A stretch of 64,000 nt of DNA from Phoronis australis (GCA_002633005.1 NMRA01000059.1:951458-1015457); one strand, 5' to 3'; numbered from the stretch's first letter, positions 12,041-27,479 are shown. The notes: a model not told the origin generated them from the sequence alone. Numbers and translations: made by a program.

Positions 12041-13891
12041 TTTAATGGAACTTAGCAATAACCGCATTACGGACGAAATTCACCGTTAAACACGCTTTAT
12101 TAGCTATAAAGCATCTTCAGTTGAGTACAGTGGTGCGTTACGTAGGCGCAAGAATTTCGTGAAAAAAAAAACAAGATCATACAAGATCACGCGAGTAAGC
12201 TCAGGAGCTTGTTATCTTACCTCAGCGAAATGGGCGGTCACTAAAGCGTTCTTGCCAACTGTCACGTTTTGGCGAGACTGTCCGTTTATTGAGGGTTTGT
12301 CCCGCGTCCCTCCTCACCACCAAAAATCACACGCAAGGCCGTTGGCGAGTCAGCGCAATATTTATTGGATCCTGATTTATTTAATTTCTATGTTCAATTC
12401 ATTTTTCCAGAAAAACATCAGAAAACGTGAAACTGGGTGAGTATTGGAACTAAAGGGTAAACTTCATTGACTTTGCCGGATCTGCTGGTCACTCAGCTTG
12501 ACGACATCTGATTGGTTATCGATGACAGCTTCTGGCTTGCAAACCTATCAGATGTCTCAGCCGGTTGAAGTCAATCGAAACCAACGTTGTTTCGCACAAA
12601 GTAAGTGATATTTTTATGATAAACGCACTTCACTTTACCGAAGAAGGAAGTATGATTGCGAAGGCGGTTATGCCATGGACGACAACAGCCAATTAGAAAA
12701 AGCAAGCTACGAATATAGTTCTCGTAAAACTAAACAACCAGCATTAAGTTTAAAATACCTAATTCACTGAAATTATAAACGTATCTGTTAGAATGGAAAC
12801 GAATGTGAAAGCCTTGTTCACATTACAAGCGGGTAGTTTTGATTAAATCTGCCTGCAAATCGATTAATCAGTATACTACCACTATAAAACATCTCAAATT
12901 TATTTCATATACGCGATATCAATCACAAGTCGAGCGTTGGCCTTTTAAACTTTTCAACTACTGTGTGAGCATCATAAAAGTGCTAAAAGATAGCGTTTAC
13001 TAAAATTATCATCGGCGTGTTCTTGATGAATATTCGTCCACGCGCATTTAGGCCCATGCGACTATGTGTGAAAGACATGAGAAATAGCGAGGAACATGTT
13101 TGTTTCAAATAGTACGAGAATGAGGGTTGACATCTCCGTGACAAAACGATAGAGGCTGACCTGCTTCCAATCCACCATGTACTAGTAATAATTAATTACT
13201 AATTACTTGAAAAAGTTATTAAGCACTTGCATTCCACAATCTAAAAACGCGCAAGTGTGAGCAAACGTTCTATTGCAAACTTTGAAGATCTGTCTTTGAA
13301 CCCCAGGGCCAAAACCCTGTATATTTTTCCGTTTTAGTATAAAAAACAACATTACAAAGCTTGAGATTAACCAGAAAAGAATTCTAAGCTCAAGCATACG
13401 ACAAGATTTGACGACAAAGTGTTCCTAAGCAACAAAATTTCGATGGACACTTCGTCGTCTATCTTGTTTTCAGTTTTTAGTGGTGAATTATATTACGGCT
13501 AAAAATTAAGCTAAAAATTTGCATTCAGTTTACTTTGAAAAAATTGGACCTCATGTTTAAAGAGCATTATTTGGGCTTAGGTTTCGAATAAAATGATTTG
13601 CGTAAAGACCCGTCTCCTGAAGTTTTTAACAAAAATGAAGCGGAGTGTCTTTAAAAGATGTGAAAACGGCCCATATCGTCACAATGGCTAAATTGTCAAC
13701 GTTCGCTGCTCAAATTGTCACAGCAAACCGTCACGAACATTTTCCAGTGTGACAATATTCGGCCTTAAATACTGACTTAAGTCGTCATAGTACAGTTGTG
13801 ACAGACTAGGCCGTTTTGATTATTTGCACCAGCACGGGAGCATAGTCCTGCTAATTGGTTTTACGATCCATTACAGAACACAATATTCCTA

Positions 13892-14315
13892 TGCCCGGTT
13901 GCATGAAACAGTCCCAAACAGGGTCTCAACTAAGTTCCCTAAATCGTTTTCGTATTTGTTTCGTTCTTTAGGCACAGATGTAATATTTTTCTATAATTTT
14001 ATATTCATTGTGAGCTCTTTTTTGATTAATGGCATTTTCTCATCATATAACTAAAAACCGAGCCCTTAATTCAATCAAAATAATTATGGACTTCGGCCTA
14101 AAATTAGATGAAAAGATCACTACTTATTTTCAATAATATTGAGAATTCAAACTAGATTTCACTCTCTATTTGTATCAAAGCCAAAAATTGGCATAGTGAT
14201 GATACTCAAACAGCATAAGATATGACAATCGGTGTTTTCACAAGCACGCAAATACGCAGTAGATTTAGGGACCTTAACTGAGTACCTATTTGGGACTGTT
14301 TCATGCAACCGGGCA
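13892..14315. mobile_element. Short palindromic Harbinger-like MITE split by a nested insertion
   Basis: Arms tgcccggttgcatgaaacagtcccaaa (13892-13918) and tttgggactgtttcatgcaaccgggca (14289-14315) are perfect inverted repeats. Confidence 0.8.
13934..14273. mobile_element. TTAA-targeting MITE (Kolobok-like ends) nested in the palindromic MITE
   Basis: TIRs gttccctaaatc / gatttagggacc, flanked by ctaa and ttaa. Confidence 0.7.
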
Positions 14316-17300
14316 CTGGAGTCCAGCTTAACGGTTTTGTGTGGGATCCACTCATTCGCTCGTTAAGAAAACTTTGTCGATGGGTTCCTTTTCAGAAAAT
14401 GTTCCTCGGTCGTTAAGCATGTAGGCCATTTCTGGATGTACGAACTAATCGAGGAGCACTCTGATGGATCAATCTCACCAAAGAAAATACAAATGGTCCA
14501 ATGTGAAAATCCGTGAGTACATATGGCGAATCAAACGTGTGATACGACAAATTTTCTTTAAATTTGAATAAAAACAATGTTGTAATAATCGTTTTTTTAA
14601 GCTCATTGTATTGCGAAAACTATCATCAAGTGCCTTATTTCACCGCGAAATGTAGTTCGAAGGTAAAAGCATAAAAGTTTTGAGACATGCAGTTGAGGTA
14701 ACAAAATACAGAAAAAAAATTAAGTCAAATACTGGAATTTGCTTACTTGAGTATTATTTAGTTCACAGGTGTTCTTCCAGGATGCGAAAACGTACAGCAT
14801 CTTGAACATTCTTGAGTCTTCGGAAATTTGAGCAAAATTATTATATGTCCAACAAACGAATATTTGCCTGGGACCAAATTAATCTCACGCTATACCGCAA
14901 CGACAGTGACTTCAAAAAAAAAAAAAACACAAACGGGCTCAATACGAGATGGCGAGATTTTTCTTGCGAGTCCATAGAGGCGGTATTCTTGTTTAGTTTC
15001 AACTCGCGAAACATGGTCACGTTTGACTTCATTCTTAATTTTGACTCCACTTTAAGGAAATAACTCTCTGAAATAAGTTTTGAAGAAACTTTCTGGGCCC
15101 GGCCCGCTCAACAGGCGACAAAACGGACTGTTTGGTCGAGGACCTCGACGACTAGGGACTAAGAAAATAAGGTGAATGAAGACTGGCGTCAAAAGAACCC
15201 CTAATTTTTAACCCCAAAGATTTAAGACCGGTGTAATTAGGCTCGGTGCCCCCTTGGACTGTGTCCGGCTTGCCTGCATATGAAACAGACTACCGGGTAA
15301 ATTGTACTGAACAACAGGCATTCAAATACAAGCAGGTGTGCGTTTCCTTGCCGTAAGACACGTGCCGTTTTCACGTGCTCCACTTAGAATATATTGCAAT
15401 ACCTCGCGTGACTTCGCTATTCTCACAGGCCAGAGCGCTCTTTCCTTCTCCTCGGTGCTACACTGGCCCTTGAACTGACCATGTGAAGTGACCAGTGGCC
15501 ACCTTTCCATGTAGTCTACGGTTTTTAAAAATGTTATCGCAACAAGTAAGCCAGATATGGAACTTTAAATCAAGATTTACATATCATGAAAAACTTGAAG
15601 CACTATTTATTATTAATTCGTACGCCCTTTTGGCGGAAATTTTTACTTCAGTGTTCACTACAACTATTTACGAAAGTAAACTATTGTATCCAGACTGCAT
15701 TCAACTCGGTTTATTTTTTTTAGTTTTCTGTCATGTTCGAAGACATCTGTGTGCCGAACGAAATTCGCTTACCAGCGAGAGAAAGTACGCCACATGTGGC
15801 AAGTTCCTTACTACGTCTTTTACCTGAACTTTCCCGTGGCGACCGGTTGTGAATGTCGGCTCCTCATGAACAGCGTCTGATCAGCAAGGCAATAGATGTA
15901 GTGATGTTAAGAAATCACTATATTGTACATGATTCTCATTAGTCATTAATGATGGATGTGTTTGTGAATCAAAAGAGCGAGAACAGTAAAATTTTCACTA
16001 GAAAGGCTTGTCAACCGTTGTGTTGGATATAACGTACGATGCACGGATGGTTGCATGGCCGTAGCATAGCCAGCTATTACGACGGAGATTTGAGAAATTA
16101 TGATCAAGGGACCTCTGGCTTTGATCTCCTCGGCCCGGCAATTGCCAATTAATGTTCTACTTCCAGGGTCGTCAGCCGTCCACTACTCGCAATCACGGAT
16201 CCTTCAAAATCATAAAAGCTATTCAAAAAAACTAAAACGCCTTTTGTTTTAGCCTCTTATTTCCAAGAAAATTTAAAAAAACGAACACCATTCGCAACGT
16301 ATCTCTTCAGCAGGACACTTTTGATACTCTGGCGTTTGTCTTTTGAGTTTCTATCCCACAAACAACACGTTTTCAAATTAAAGAAAGAAACTATAAAGGT
16401 GGTCAAAATACAAAAGTCTCAAAATGAACTGTAAAAGATGAATGTCATTCCTTTTATAACCTAAACATTTTAATCGCGAAAACAACTCTCACAAATTTGT
16501 CTCAAACACCTCTTTGCCATGACGGCGGTTGGTTAATACAAACAAAAAATTGAAAGTGACCTGTCATAGATTTGAAATGGTCAATTTTCGACGAGTTGGC
16601 GAACCCCGTTAAAAGTGATGGCCTTTTGTTACTCCTTTTATTGGTGAATGATGTGCCTGAGGACGAAAATCTTTTTTATTATGGTGATGAAAGGGTTCAG
16701 ACACTGTTTTTGATTTTGAGTAACTTGCTTGATAGTTTCCATTGTAGTTACTGATTAAAAAGAAATCCGAGTTTTTAAATGTTTTGTTGTTATTTAAATA
16801 TTATATCGTGTGTCGGTTGTATTGGTAGTAAATGTGTGTATTTAAACTTTATATTCAAAGCAGTTCCTCCAAATATGTTTTTCATATTCACGGGGCTACA
16901 TCCTCCCAACTTAAGTCTGGTGAATCTTTTGTCTTGCAAGTAGTATTCTGTTGTTTGTAGGCTCCAATGTATGTAATAGTGTAAAAAATAAAAAGCTCGA
17001 AATTGAATCATGTTTTGTTGCGTTTTATGATACCTTGGACCTACTGTCTTGCATTGCACTGTTCTGTGATATAGACAAATGTAAAATATAACAAAATAAA
17101 GCAAATAAAAAATTAAACACGTAAAAAGTTCTCATTTAATATATATTGCATGTAATGTAAAACTTTCATGACACGAAGTTATGAGGCCCATTTCATGAAA
17201 CTTTGTGTCTTAAACTTACACGAAAATGGGGCTAACTCAAAAGGGCACGATTGGTTTTACAGCCGAAAACGCGCAATTTGGGGATTATTTCAGTATAAGA

Positions 17301-18831
17301 CTGATTTCTTCAAGTTATTACCTTTGGCCAGACCTACAAAATAGTATAAACCTGCTGCGTTTAGTGACTTTATTGAAAATTGCCTATGCCCTGCAAAGAC
17401 TTCCTGTCAAAGATGACTGAAATCGCCTAAGTCGGAGACGTCATCAGTTATTTAGTCGCAAGGAGCCGTGAAAATGCCGATGTATAGTACTGACCAAAGC
17501 CGACATGAAAAAGCCAAGGTCTAATCTGCTGAATGTATGTGGTAACAAGAAGCGAAAAGACGAAGCACATTGGACGACTAATCTCTTTGGGATAAGCACT
17601 TGAGAATGAAATCGAGCGTTGAACTACCGTGCGAGATGAGCTGAACATTTTTAGAAATGTCGGTTTTCTTCAAGTTGACTTCCGGGTGGGAGTTTGCATT
17701 CCTTTCCTTGCCAGCTAGAAGTAGCATAACGTAAACCTATTTTTGAAAGCGTATGCTTCCAGTCTAAGACTAATGAAACCCTCTCTGAGTTTCGCAATTC
17801 TCGAATGGCCGCCCAGTCATACAAAGTTCTCTTACTCAAGTTTGGGACAGTTGAAATTAATTGTTTTGCTCATGGACCGAGCTTGTACCAAATTTTCAAA
17901 AAATGCAATTTTGACCGTCCCGAATTCAAAAATTACGATCATTTGTCTCGACGTTACACACTGTGAATTTCGTGAAAACGTTGCACGGATGGCCATTTTC
18001 GACAATTTCATGAGCTGCCGAGTCAATTTTCAGACTGTTCATACGAAGCCTGGTGTCCAATATTTGGAAAATAGGATGAATGCCAAAATCGCCCATCTCC
18101 AGAATCAAGAAAATTGAATTTAGCCCGTAATTTTGGTGTCCCACATTTTAGAGATTAGCCTAAACTCGAAATCTTTTACCGTAATTTAGGCAGTTTTGGG
18201 GATAACAATTACCACTGTACTTTGTTGTTGAATATCATATCGGAACTTTAAAATTACGACACAGGCTAGACTTCTATCCCAGCGCATGGGCGGGCGGCCT
18301 TCTCTCGCGTACACTGTTCCCCTCTTTGGATCACTCTTCGTGTTCCGAGGACTTAGTTCTTTGCTAGCGGCCAGACTGAATGTGCTCCTGTACATTATTC
18401 ACAGGGTAGATGCACGTTTTTAGGCCCATGTAACTATATTCAAAATAATAATTTTTTAAGAAAACTGTTTACACGAGTGGCCCCTTTGAACTCGCATGCC
18501 TTGCTGTGGGTACAGGCACACGCATTATCCATGTTCACGCGCCTTGAATTGACAATGCATTTATAACTCAGGTGACATCACACTCTGTTCACTTGTGAAG
18601 TTGTAATTAATTTGTGAGGTCAGCAAATGACAATTCAATTCAGAGAATAATTATTGAAAACTTGTTTTATTATTTTCATACGGGTAATGGCTGGATAAAA
18701 CTAGCCTGAAAGGAGTATGTTGTGTCAAAGGAAATTCAAGAAATGTTTGATTGATGACTACAGATATTTAATTACATCAAATTTATCAGCTGATTAAAAA
18801 ATCTTGACAAAAGCGTCATATTACGCTTTTT

Positions 18832-19130
18832 GCAAGAGACCATCAATGTCACTGTATAAAAACGTTTGAAAATGTACCCCTAACACTATTTTGTTACAAA
18901 TTGTACTTTGGAGTTTATGGCCAATACTTGATGCATACATGTACATACACGATAAACGTGCGCGCGCACGCACACACATACTCGCATACATACGTACATA
19001 CATACACACACACATAAATTCATGCATGCATGCGTACCTGCAAATTTGTTCCGGTCCGTATTGGAATCAAGCATATTTACCGCAATGAAATTCGCTATTC
19101 CTCGAGACCATCAATGCCAGGGGAATACAA
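18832..19130 (+). mobile_element. Possible Helentron-associated (HINE/DINE-like) non-autonomous element
   Basis: gagaccatcaatg occurs near both ends (18836, 19104); internal (CA)/(CATA) microsatellite; terminal stem tattcctcg...ggggaata. Confidence 0.5.
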
Positions 19131-22100
19131 TGACACGCCATGACATGTCACCTGATAGAGTCAACGAAATGTCATTTCTTTCCAAGTCCAGAAAGCACAT
19201 CTATTTTGACTAAGAGACAAATTGAGACCAATTTCATAACGGAAAATGGTCTAAATCAAATATTGCCGCCTTTTGTGGCGCCGAAAGGCGGCGCCGGTTT
19301 TGCAGTCGCCTCATTTTCAGTGTTTCAAAACTAAATGTGTACGCCGTGGCAGTCGGTGCTGCGAAACGTATCGTGGTATCCTATTGCAACATTCATAATT
19401 AGGGCCTACACACCATGAACAAAATAGCTGAGAATAATTTTAAAAAGAAGTGCGATGTGCCTATATTCATCGGAACCGCTTACGGCTTCCACGGCACCGT
19501 TCATTCATCAATGATTTTCTCAGTCACGGTTGACGTATAGGCGCATCGCCTAATGCCGGGCCTATGTACGCCCAAATACAGTAATTGTACGTGGTGCAAC
19601 ATCAAAGTTGGTTTTTTGACAATGAGAACGCGCCGGGGACTTTGGACTTTTTTTCGTTTTTACTTCTGTTTAATGTTATTCCCACAGATATAGTAAAACG
19701 GAAATACAGGGAAGCCACCAAGTCTGGTATGACACTGAAATATGATATTTTACGACTAATTCGATCCATCATAGACAGGTGAAAACAAGGATAGACCTAC
19801 AAGGTTATTTTTGTCGTACTCGGTGGTCGGCGTACAGTACTAAGGCTTACCCGGCCGTTGAACCGTAGACCGCCGTACTAAAATCTTTGGTTCGTGAACT
19901 GGCCAGCACTTCACTTTAGTGTTTTTGATGGCAACTGACAACTTGCGCCACCTGGATTCCCAAGAATAAGATTTTACACCAGCTATTGAAACGCAAAGTC
20001 AAAATTGGCGCCAAACCTGTCTCACGAAAGTAAGCTTCCTGCTGGACCCCAATTAATTTTTCAATAATCTTTTGTTTTGGCTGTGGGGAGCATGACTTTT
20101 CTATCGTTACTGCTCACGATTAGAAAGCAAATATTTTTACACCATGATTGCTATAACCACACAAAAACTAAAAAAATCATTGAAACAAAACATACATTTT
20201 TACACTGAGCAGTTAAAATAAACCGGCAAGAGCGAAACAGTCTTTAAACAACAAATTTATAGGCCACAAGGCCAGCTCGAGCGCTCCCCTCATGGCAATG
20301 AGAAAAACAATGGCGATGCCGGCGTAGGCATGACAAAAGTCCATGCGATGGTTGTATTGAATTGTTGATCGACAGGTTGGCTGAGTTTGTATTCAATCGG
20401 ATTAAAGGTACAGTAGCTTTGTATTTACAGCAAACTCATATTCATTTTCTATGTGTTTCGACGCACGATGCAGTCTAAAGCATGATATTCATTCCTTGGC
20501 CTTCGGTGCAGATCACCGGCTTGTGCTACTATAATAGCGTGATCACAGGCACTCTTTATGTGACTTTATCAAGCTCAACGTGACACTTCAAATTACTATC
20601 GTGTCGAGCGGCTGTTGAGAGTACATTACAGACTGGCTGACTTAGGAACGCGTACAGCTACAGGAAACTGTCGTGTTTTAAAACTGTTTAACTTGGGTCG
20701 GGAAAGTTCTGTCGAGGCAGTCCTGTACTGGTGATATAGATAGCACCATAGCGGTTCTTGATTTAGAGAACCAGACAATCGCTGAATAATGGCCCATTAA
20801 TATTCAGTGCTAGCACGTGTTTGTGTGCTCTCTGTATTGAGACTGGTTATAAGCTCGTGTGCTGCTCTAGTCACACAACACACAGATTATACTGGAACCC
20901 AGATTTTCCAAAACACATGGGCATGTATGCGGAAAATGAATTTTCGGGTGTTTCAGTTACCAAATAAACGCCCATACATGTATTAGGAAAGAATAGGGAC
21001 CTGTAAAGGGAAAGTCAAAGCTGCCACTGATATAAACATAGCAGTGATTTTTTTTGCATAAAACTGTATTTTTTTAATCTTAAGTTAGTGAATACATAGT
21101 TCGCCAACAATTTGTTTATTTTTATAAATGACTATTGTTCCACAAAACTGAATTTGTGGCTAAAAGTTGACGCTGAGTGGGCTTTTAAGAGGACATTTTC
21201 CAAGTAAACGCCCCTGACACTTGACACCAGAAGTTCATAACACCAAATAAACAAATCCCCATGGGTGTTTATTTGGCATAACTTTCCGAATAAACGCTTA
21301 TGAGTATCTCATCTGGTGGGCTTATCTTATTCCGGTACTACATGGACCACCAACTCTGTATATACACAAAACCCTTGCGACCAACACTATTGACCGCGAC
21401 CAACACCATGATGTCACTCACTATTGGCACACATGGTGTAATGGAATGTTTACTTCCATCAAGTTTTCTATCTGCTAACTAGAAGCTAAGATGAGCATTG
21501 GAAGAGTGTGGCGCCTCCTCTGGATATTTCATAGGAAAATATCAAATATTTTAGATTGTCTACTAATATGATCAATAAAACCAGGTAGTCCTAGTTGCAC
21601 TTCGGCTTTTTAAATGATCTTATCAAATGATGAAAATGTTGATCAAAACTACATTTTTATGGCAACCTTTGCCTTATTGAGTAAATTTAATTGGCTTTGT
21701 CGTTACCACTGGGTCAACAGGTTAAGACATCAGATGTCATTTCCAGTTGACCCGTGAGAACCAGCAAAGTAGATACTTTCATACTGGGCTTAGGTTTTCA
21801 GAAACATCAGGGGTAATAAATGAATTTTCCTCTCAACCAGGATTAAAAACCATTTTTAAGCTGTGTTTAGACACACTGTCCATCTCAGGACAATTGTATA
21901 ACTTCACATAGAACTACTTTCAGTGACCTCTGACCTTGCGTATCAATTTCAAAAGGCCTATCATGTGTGTGTGTGTGTGAAAACACTCATAATTCACAAC
22001 AGTCCCCAAAATTCTAAGCCATTATGTAGATTAGTTACCCACTCCAAGCCTAAAAATGTTGAGAACTCCTTGCAATCACTGAGTGGGGTTTCACTGCCTT

Positions 22101-24663
22101 CTCAAAGCAGTTGGCACAGGCTCTAAAATTTGGGACAAGGAAAATGAAGCTAATTAATTTTAAGAGCGCACCCCTCGTCATTGGCTCATAAAATTTCATT
22201 GATCACTGTGACTTCTTAGCTCAGTGGTCAACGTGCACACTAAACACTAAAACTGTCATGTTGCGTGATGTCTTGAATAATACTCATTGCATTCAGAATC
22301 TAATATCACTTCAATGCCGAGCAGCTGATCAAGACAACAATTTTTGATATAATACATGTATACATATTCATATATAAGCATTAAAGTGAATTGCGGTTTA
22401 TCAGAGACTAATTCTTGAGTTTGGGATGGCCAAATATTGCCTATTTTTAAAATTTGGTACAACCTCCGACCTTTCACAGAGTGTGTTCTTGGCTGCCTAT
22501 CTAGAGCACCTCTCCCTCCATGGAAAAATATTGCAAGTACCCATTTCCAATTAAATTTTTACTGCAGTAGTTACCACTATTGCGTCACATAAAATTATGC
22601 TACATGCATTTCCTCATGAGAAGGGTGATGTATGAATGACACCTGACACTGCATGAATGGAACGTTCTACAAATAGGTCACTTGTGTGTTTTCTCTACCA
22701 GTGTAATCGCCTCTTGGCAATGCATAGTTTTCTTGTACTGCCAATTAATTCCACCATGCTTTATGATCAGATAAGCATGGTAATTTTAAGCACCCTTAAA
22801 GCTTTCAGTGAGCTCTGCATGCTTTTTAAATGGCACTTAAGTCTGGTTGAACATGCCATTTTAATGATTATGAATAACTTGTTCAAGCTCCTGCTATAGA
22901 TTAAAACAGGATTTAGGTGCGTTGTTCCATCATAGCTCTGTCATCAACTCAGTGAGAATGAACCACTATAACCATTACCAATAGTTTATACCGGCAATCA
23001 CCTGGGAGTAACGATGATTATGATGTATTGAGATTTAATCGTAATCCGATCCACAATTCTGTAGTGAACTAGTAATTGGCAAATGTGTGCGGGATTCCTC
23101 TTGCATCTCGGGATTGGCTGGTTTTGAGTATCTAATTATTATTGTGCAAGACCTATTAATTACTAATTCTTGATATTCCTGGTGAGTGCAAGAGAACTCT
23201 TACGAATTGAACGTGTTGCATTTCATTAATGGATGACACTTCACTTAATTCAGAGGATTTCATCTGTGGTGGCGCTGAGTGTCGTTTTCAAATGCATTGT
23301 GGGACGGTTATGGGCTCGTAAACACTCGGTGACGTTGCAGATAATTTGCAGATATGCAGCTTGATTTGAGCTGTTGGTGGTGAGATTTAATTTCAGCTTG
23401 AAGCAATGACTCATGCCTCGAAAATCTTTTGTGAAAAAAGATTTGCTAATTAACCCAAATTATTTGTCAATGTAATGCATTTTGAAGCTCACTTTCATTT
23501 TTTATTCTTTTATCGTACTTTTTCACCCAAAAAGCATGCTAGATTGGACCTGTCCTTTCAATTTAAGGTGTGTTCTACTGACAAGTTTTGTTTTTAGACA
23601 AATTGTTTACATATTACCATGTTATCAGTGATGTTGTTGGATGTTCATGAGGTGATAACTGTCCCACATTGTATTTGAAAAACGACAGCAACACCCTATC
23701 ATAGAATCCGCCGACTTGCACTGAGTCAAGTCATGTCCTGTGTATGGTTCAACACTATATAATCAGACTGTGGAAGAACAGCAAGTGTACTGTTAACACA
23801 GTAGTGTACCTTATGTATGCCATCCTGTTGTAGTCTTGTTTTTGTTTGGAAATTCATTACGTGAAACACTTATTTTATATACTTTAAAACACATGCCCTG
23901 CAGTTGTTTTTTCCTAGACATTTTGGTGTTGTCATTGTATTAATTATCAGTCTACTTAAAAGATAATAAATTTCAACCTGAAAAAAATTTTGTTTGACCT
24001 AGTTATGGCCTCATTTTGCTGAAGAATTTCATGTGGTTAAATTTAACTTGCTTTTATTTCCCAACTTTACTTGAAGTGAATGTTGTGCACTTCCTAGTTT
24101 TGCTTGTGAACTCAAGAACACTGTAGGATGTTCATGCTATCGTCAAGATAAGAATCTTCTTCCATTCTCACAGTCTAAGAGCTGGAGGGGGGGGGTTTAG
24201 ACTAAATGTGCACGCTGTTGGTGAACTTGGCACTTATTGTGGTGCTTTCAAAGAACCAAAAGAAAGCGTCTTTAAAGCACAGGCAAATTTAGGAGAGCCT
24301 TAGGGAGACTACCAAAAAACTCCAGCCTATTTTCTGTTTTCAGGACATCTTTCCTTTCAGAATTGTGGTTGGGTCCTTGATGTGCCATGAATGAAATTGA
24401 CCCAATTTTCATGGTATACGGGCAACTTGGCCTGTATCAACACTTTTATAAAATAAACCTGTAAAGATCCTGATTTGCCACTACAGTCAGAAAAGGACGG
24501 AATTTCCAGAATCTGACAGCTTTCACGGAAAAAGGTTTTTGGCGGAGTTCAGGTATTCCAGTGTCAAATACGAGACAGTGACTTGTAATTTTTTGCCAAT
24601 TTATTTTGTCCACACGACCTTGAACTCCAAGACTGATTCTGGACACAACTCACAACAACTAAA

Positions 24664-25671
24664 GGCCTGTTCATGCGACTCATTTTTGCAAAATGTTTGC
24701 ACCATATTTTGCGGAATCGAGATTGCGGAAAAAAGTTATCACGAATGCAAAAATCCCGCAATCCCACTTTCACGAAATTTTGCGGAATTTATTACTTAAA
24801 ACTACAGATGATTAAGCACTTGTCACTGGAGCCCGCAAGATTGACAACACGTTTTTTGCACTGCGCATGGCACAAGAATTCACGCTTTACTTCCAAAATG
24901 TCTCGAAATCTCTTGCCTCACTATAGGAATTTGGTTTATCAGAAATTTGGTCTGTTGCAGAGACTGAGCGATTCAACAGCTTGTAGCTGGAACCCATAGT
25001 GGATGGTCTGCTGTCTGGAATGAAGAAGGATAGATCGTATTCTTTTCTGTCTGTTGCTGTGGAGTGCTCATGGTCCCATTTGTTTGGCTTGTGATCGCGT
25101 CACGAGTGCGCCCGGGGGTACTAGGTGGCTCGTTGAGTGGATGCATGTACTTGATGCTGGTGCCGGAAGTGAATCACGGGGGGGGGGNGGTGGAGGTCAC
25201 TTCCAGACACACATATACCACATGCGTGTACCCAAAATTGTTGACAGACCCCACTATTGCAGTTCCATGCCTGCTAATCGCCACCCTCTTTCGTGGGGGT
25301 AGATTTTTTGGGGCTGAGGCCAATTAATATAGAGGGCTTTTTGCAGAGATGAAATTAAAATTTAAGGGCCTATTAGACCCCGCGTGGTTCCCGCAAAACT
25401 TGCTGCAAAAGTACCACCTGAACATCCGGTCACCTTATGAATATGAGTGACACCTCCGGGGAAGGGATGAATTTCAGTTTTCGATGACAATCCTAACCAA
25501 AGGCTCCGTAACTACGGTATACGCTCTGCACAAAGGTTTCATCTGGGAGTTTCATATTTTAATACAGAAATTGCAGAAATGACAATTTACATGAACGCTC
25601 ATGGATTGCGGAAATTTTTGCGGAATGGAATTGCACATTTTTCCACAAAGCTTTTTCTCAAGTGAATGGTC
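24664..25671. mobile_element. Dispersed DNA-element copy (ggcctgttcatgcgact end, repeated gcggaa motifs)
   Basis: 24664-~25020 aligns by eye with 37325-~37705. A putative opposite end, tcaagtgaatggtc, lies at ~25660. Confidence 0.55.
25175..25461. mobile_element. Unclassified TIR element with poly-G ends, nested in the element above
   Basis: Ends cacgggg...ggaggtcact and agtgacacctccgggg are degenerate inverted repeats. Confidence 0.5.
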
Positions 25672-26120
25672 GTTTACTGTTTTTGATTTATCTGAGATTT
25701 TGTGATGAGTGCTCTCTAGTTGATTGATTTCTCTTTCTGTTTCTCGGTTTCCATTGACATATCTTTCTGAAATTTTCTTATATGGATAAATCTGGTCAAA
25801 TGGTGTTTGAGTATGCCATCGGTTTCAACCTCCAAGTGGTTCTTTTGATGCCGTAATTTCTCGCTGCACGTTTGCTGGTCTATCGTATTCGTGCAACAGG
25901 TCCCTCTTGTCTTCTGATGGACATGAAATTTCCACACATCGTGTTTCTTGTGAAAAGCTCAAGCCATTTTTCTGAGGGCTATGTAGAATATGCCATCAGT
26001 TTCTAGCTGCATTTTACTGTTCTTGAGGTATTCTGAGATTTTGTGATTTAATGGCTACTCTATAATTGACCAAGTCCTAAATATGCTTTTTCTTGGTTTA
26101 CCATTGAGTGTACTTTGCTA

Positions 26121-26211
26121 TCATGGGTGTTGGGGTCATGGGCGTTGGGGTCATGGGCGTTGGGGCCATGGGTGTTGGGGTCATGGGCGTTGGGGTCATT
26201 GGCGTTGGGGT
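26121..26211. repeat. 15-bp minisatellite (tcatgggcgttgggg) x ~6
   Basis: Directly visible. Confidence 0.9.
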
Positions 26212-27479
26212 TGTGATCGTTGGTGTTGTTGGTTTCGTCACTTCTAAATTTTTTGTTTGATTTCACCAAGCGTCGCTAGTCAACGCTTTCACTATTACTT
26301 GTTTAAACCTTTGAAATACTCAAATGGAATTTGCTAGTTTACAATATGAAAAACAAAACTAAATTGACCTTGTAAATTATGATCCGTGCTTTGATGCGTG
26401 ACTGGGAATTATTTAAAATGTCATCAAGAAAGATGGGAGTTTTATTGTAAGAGTTTTGCATAAAACAGAGTGAACTTTTCACTGAGCGAGTGATTAATGT
26501 AACCTGATGCGTACACTTTCCCTAGTGACATATAAGTGTTTGTCATATAAACAAACCTTATAAAATCCCAGTTTTTATGGCAATTAGAAAATAACATTAG
26601 TTTGAATTAAACGTATTTCAACCAATGATGCATCAATTAAGCAGCAACTATATAAGCTGTTACAACAGTTAGTTATATTAGGTACTGCATGTTTCTCCAG
26701 TTTTGGTAAATGGTAAAGCTATGTATCTTTTGGGTTGGGACAGCATACGGTATGCATTTTTAGCAATACCATTTGATTCTTTTATGGAGGAATTCTATTA
26801 TTTTCCGTTAGATAAATTTTTCTCCAATACAATAAGCTAATGTGAATAAAAAATAATTTCAGGGGGTCTGATATACATGATGTACCAGACATGTGCATAC
26901 TTTTAATCTGTTCAATATCTTAATAATGCTCTCAGTTCAAAGGATACAAATAATTTGCAACATTGTGAGACACCTAATGACAAAAATTGGAAATAAGAAT
27001 TGAATCAAAATGGGCCTAGGCATATCGTCATGGAAATCAGCTGTCCCTGCATCACAATTCTTTTAATTGGTCTGCCCTTAGTATCTTTACTGTATTCAAA
27101 ACTTCCTTTTTGGTACATTATAGGCACTTTTAAATGCAGTAATTCAACTTTCTTAATTATCTATAGATATGGACTATGTATGACCTCAATTGTGAGAAAG
27201 GACACGGTGCAAATTCATTAATTGTTGTAATTAATGACCCTTGCAGTTGAGATATTTGTTCATAGTTAGCAAGCCTTTGAAAGATTGAGGTAAGCCAATT
27301 TTTTGTTCCAGTTTAAAAAATTTTCTTGCATTTTCATTATCATTGGAATCTGTGTGACATTTCGTAGAATTCATGTCTTATCTGTTTGGTACATAAATAC
27401 CACCAGCATCTGGAAGACAAGAATGTCTTCTTGACATCACCTCTACTAAATGCATATTAATAACTCTATACTGGTAGAT

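Noticed and set aside
17596-17632. 15-nt match to the 40976 hammerhead (cacttgagaatgaaa) with a gcac/gtgc stem
   Set aside because: Stem II is unpaired, GAAC replaces GAAA and there is no NUH site; at best a decayed copy.
26060-26269. ORF with HDPNA repeats
   Set aside because: Translation of a 15-bp minisatellite only.
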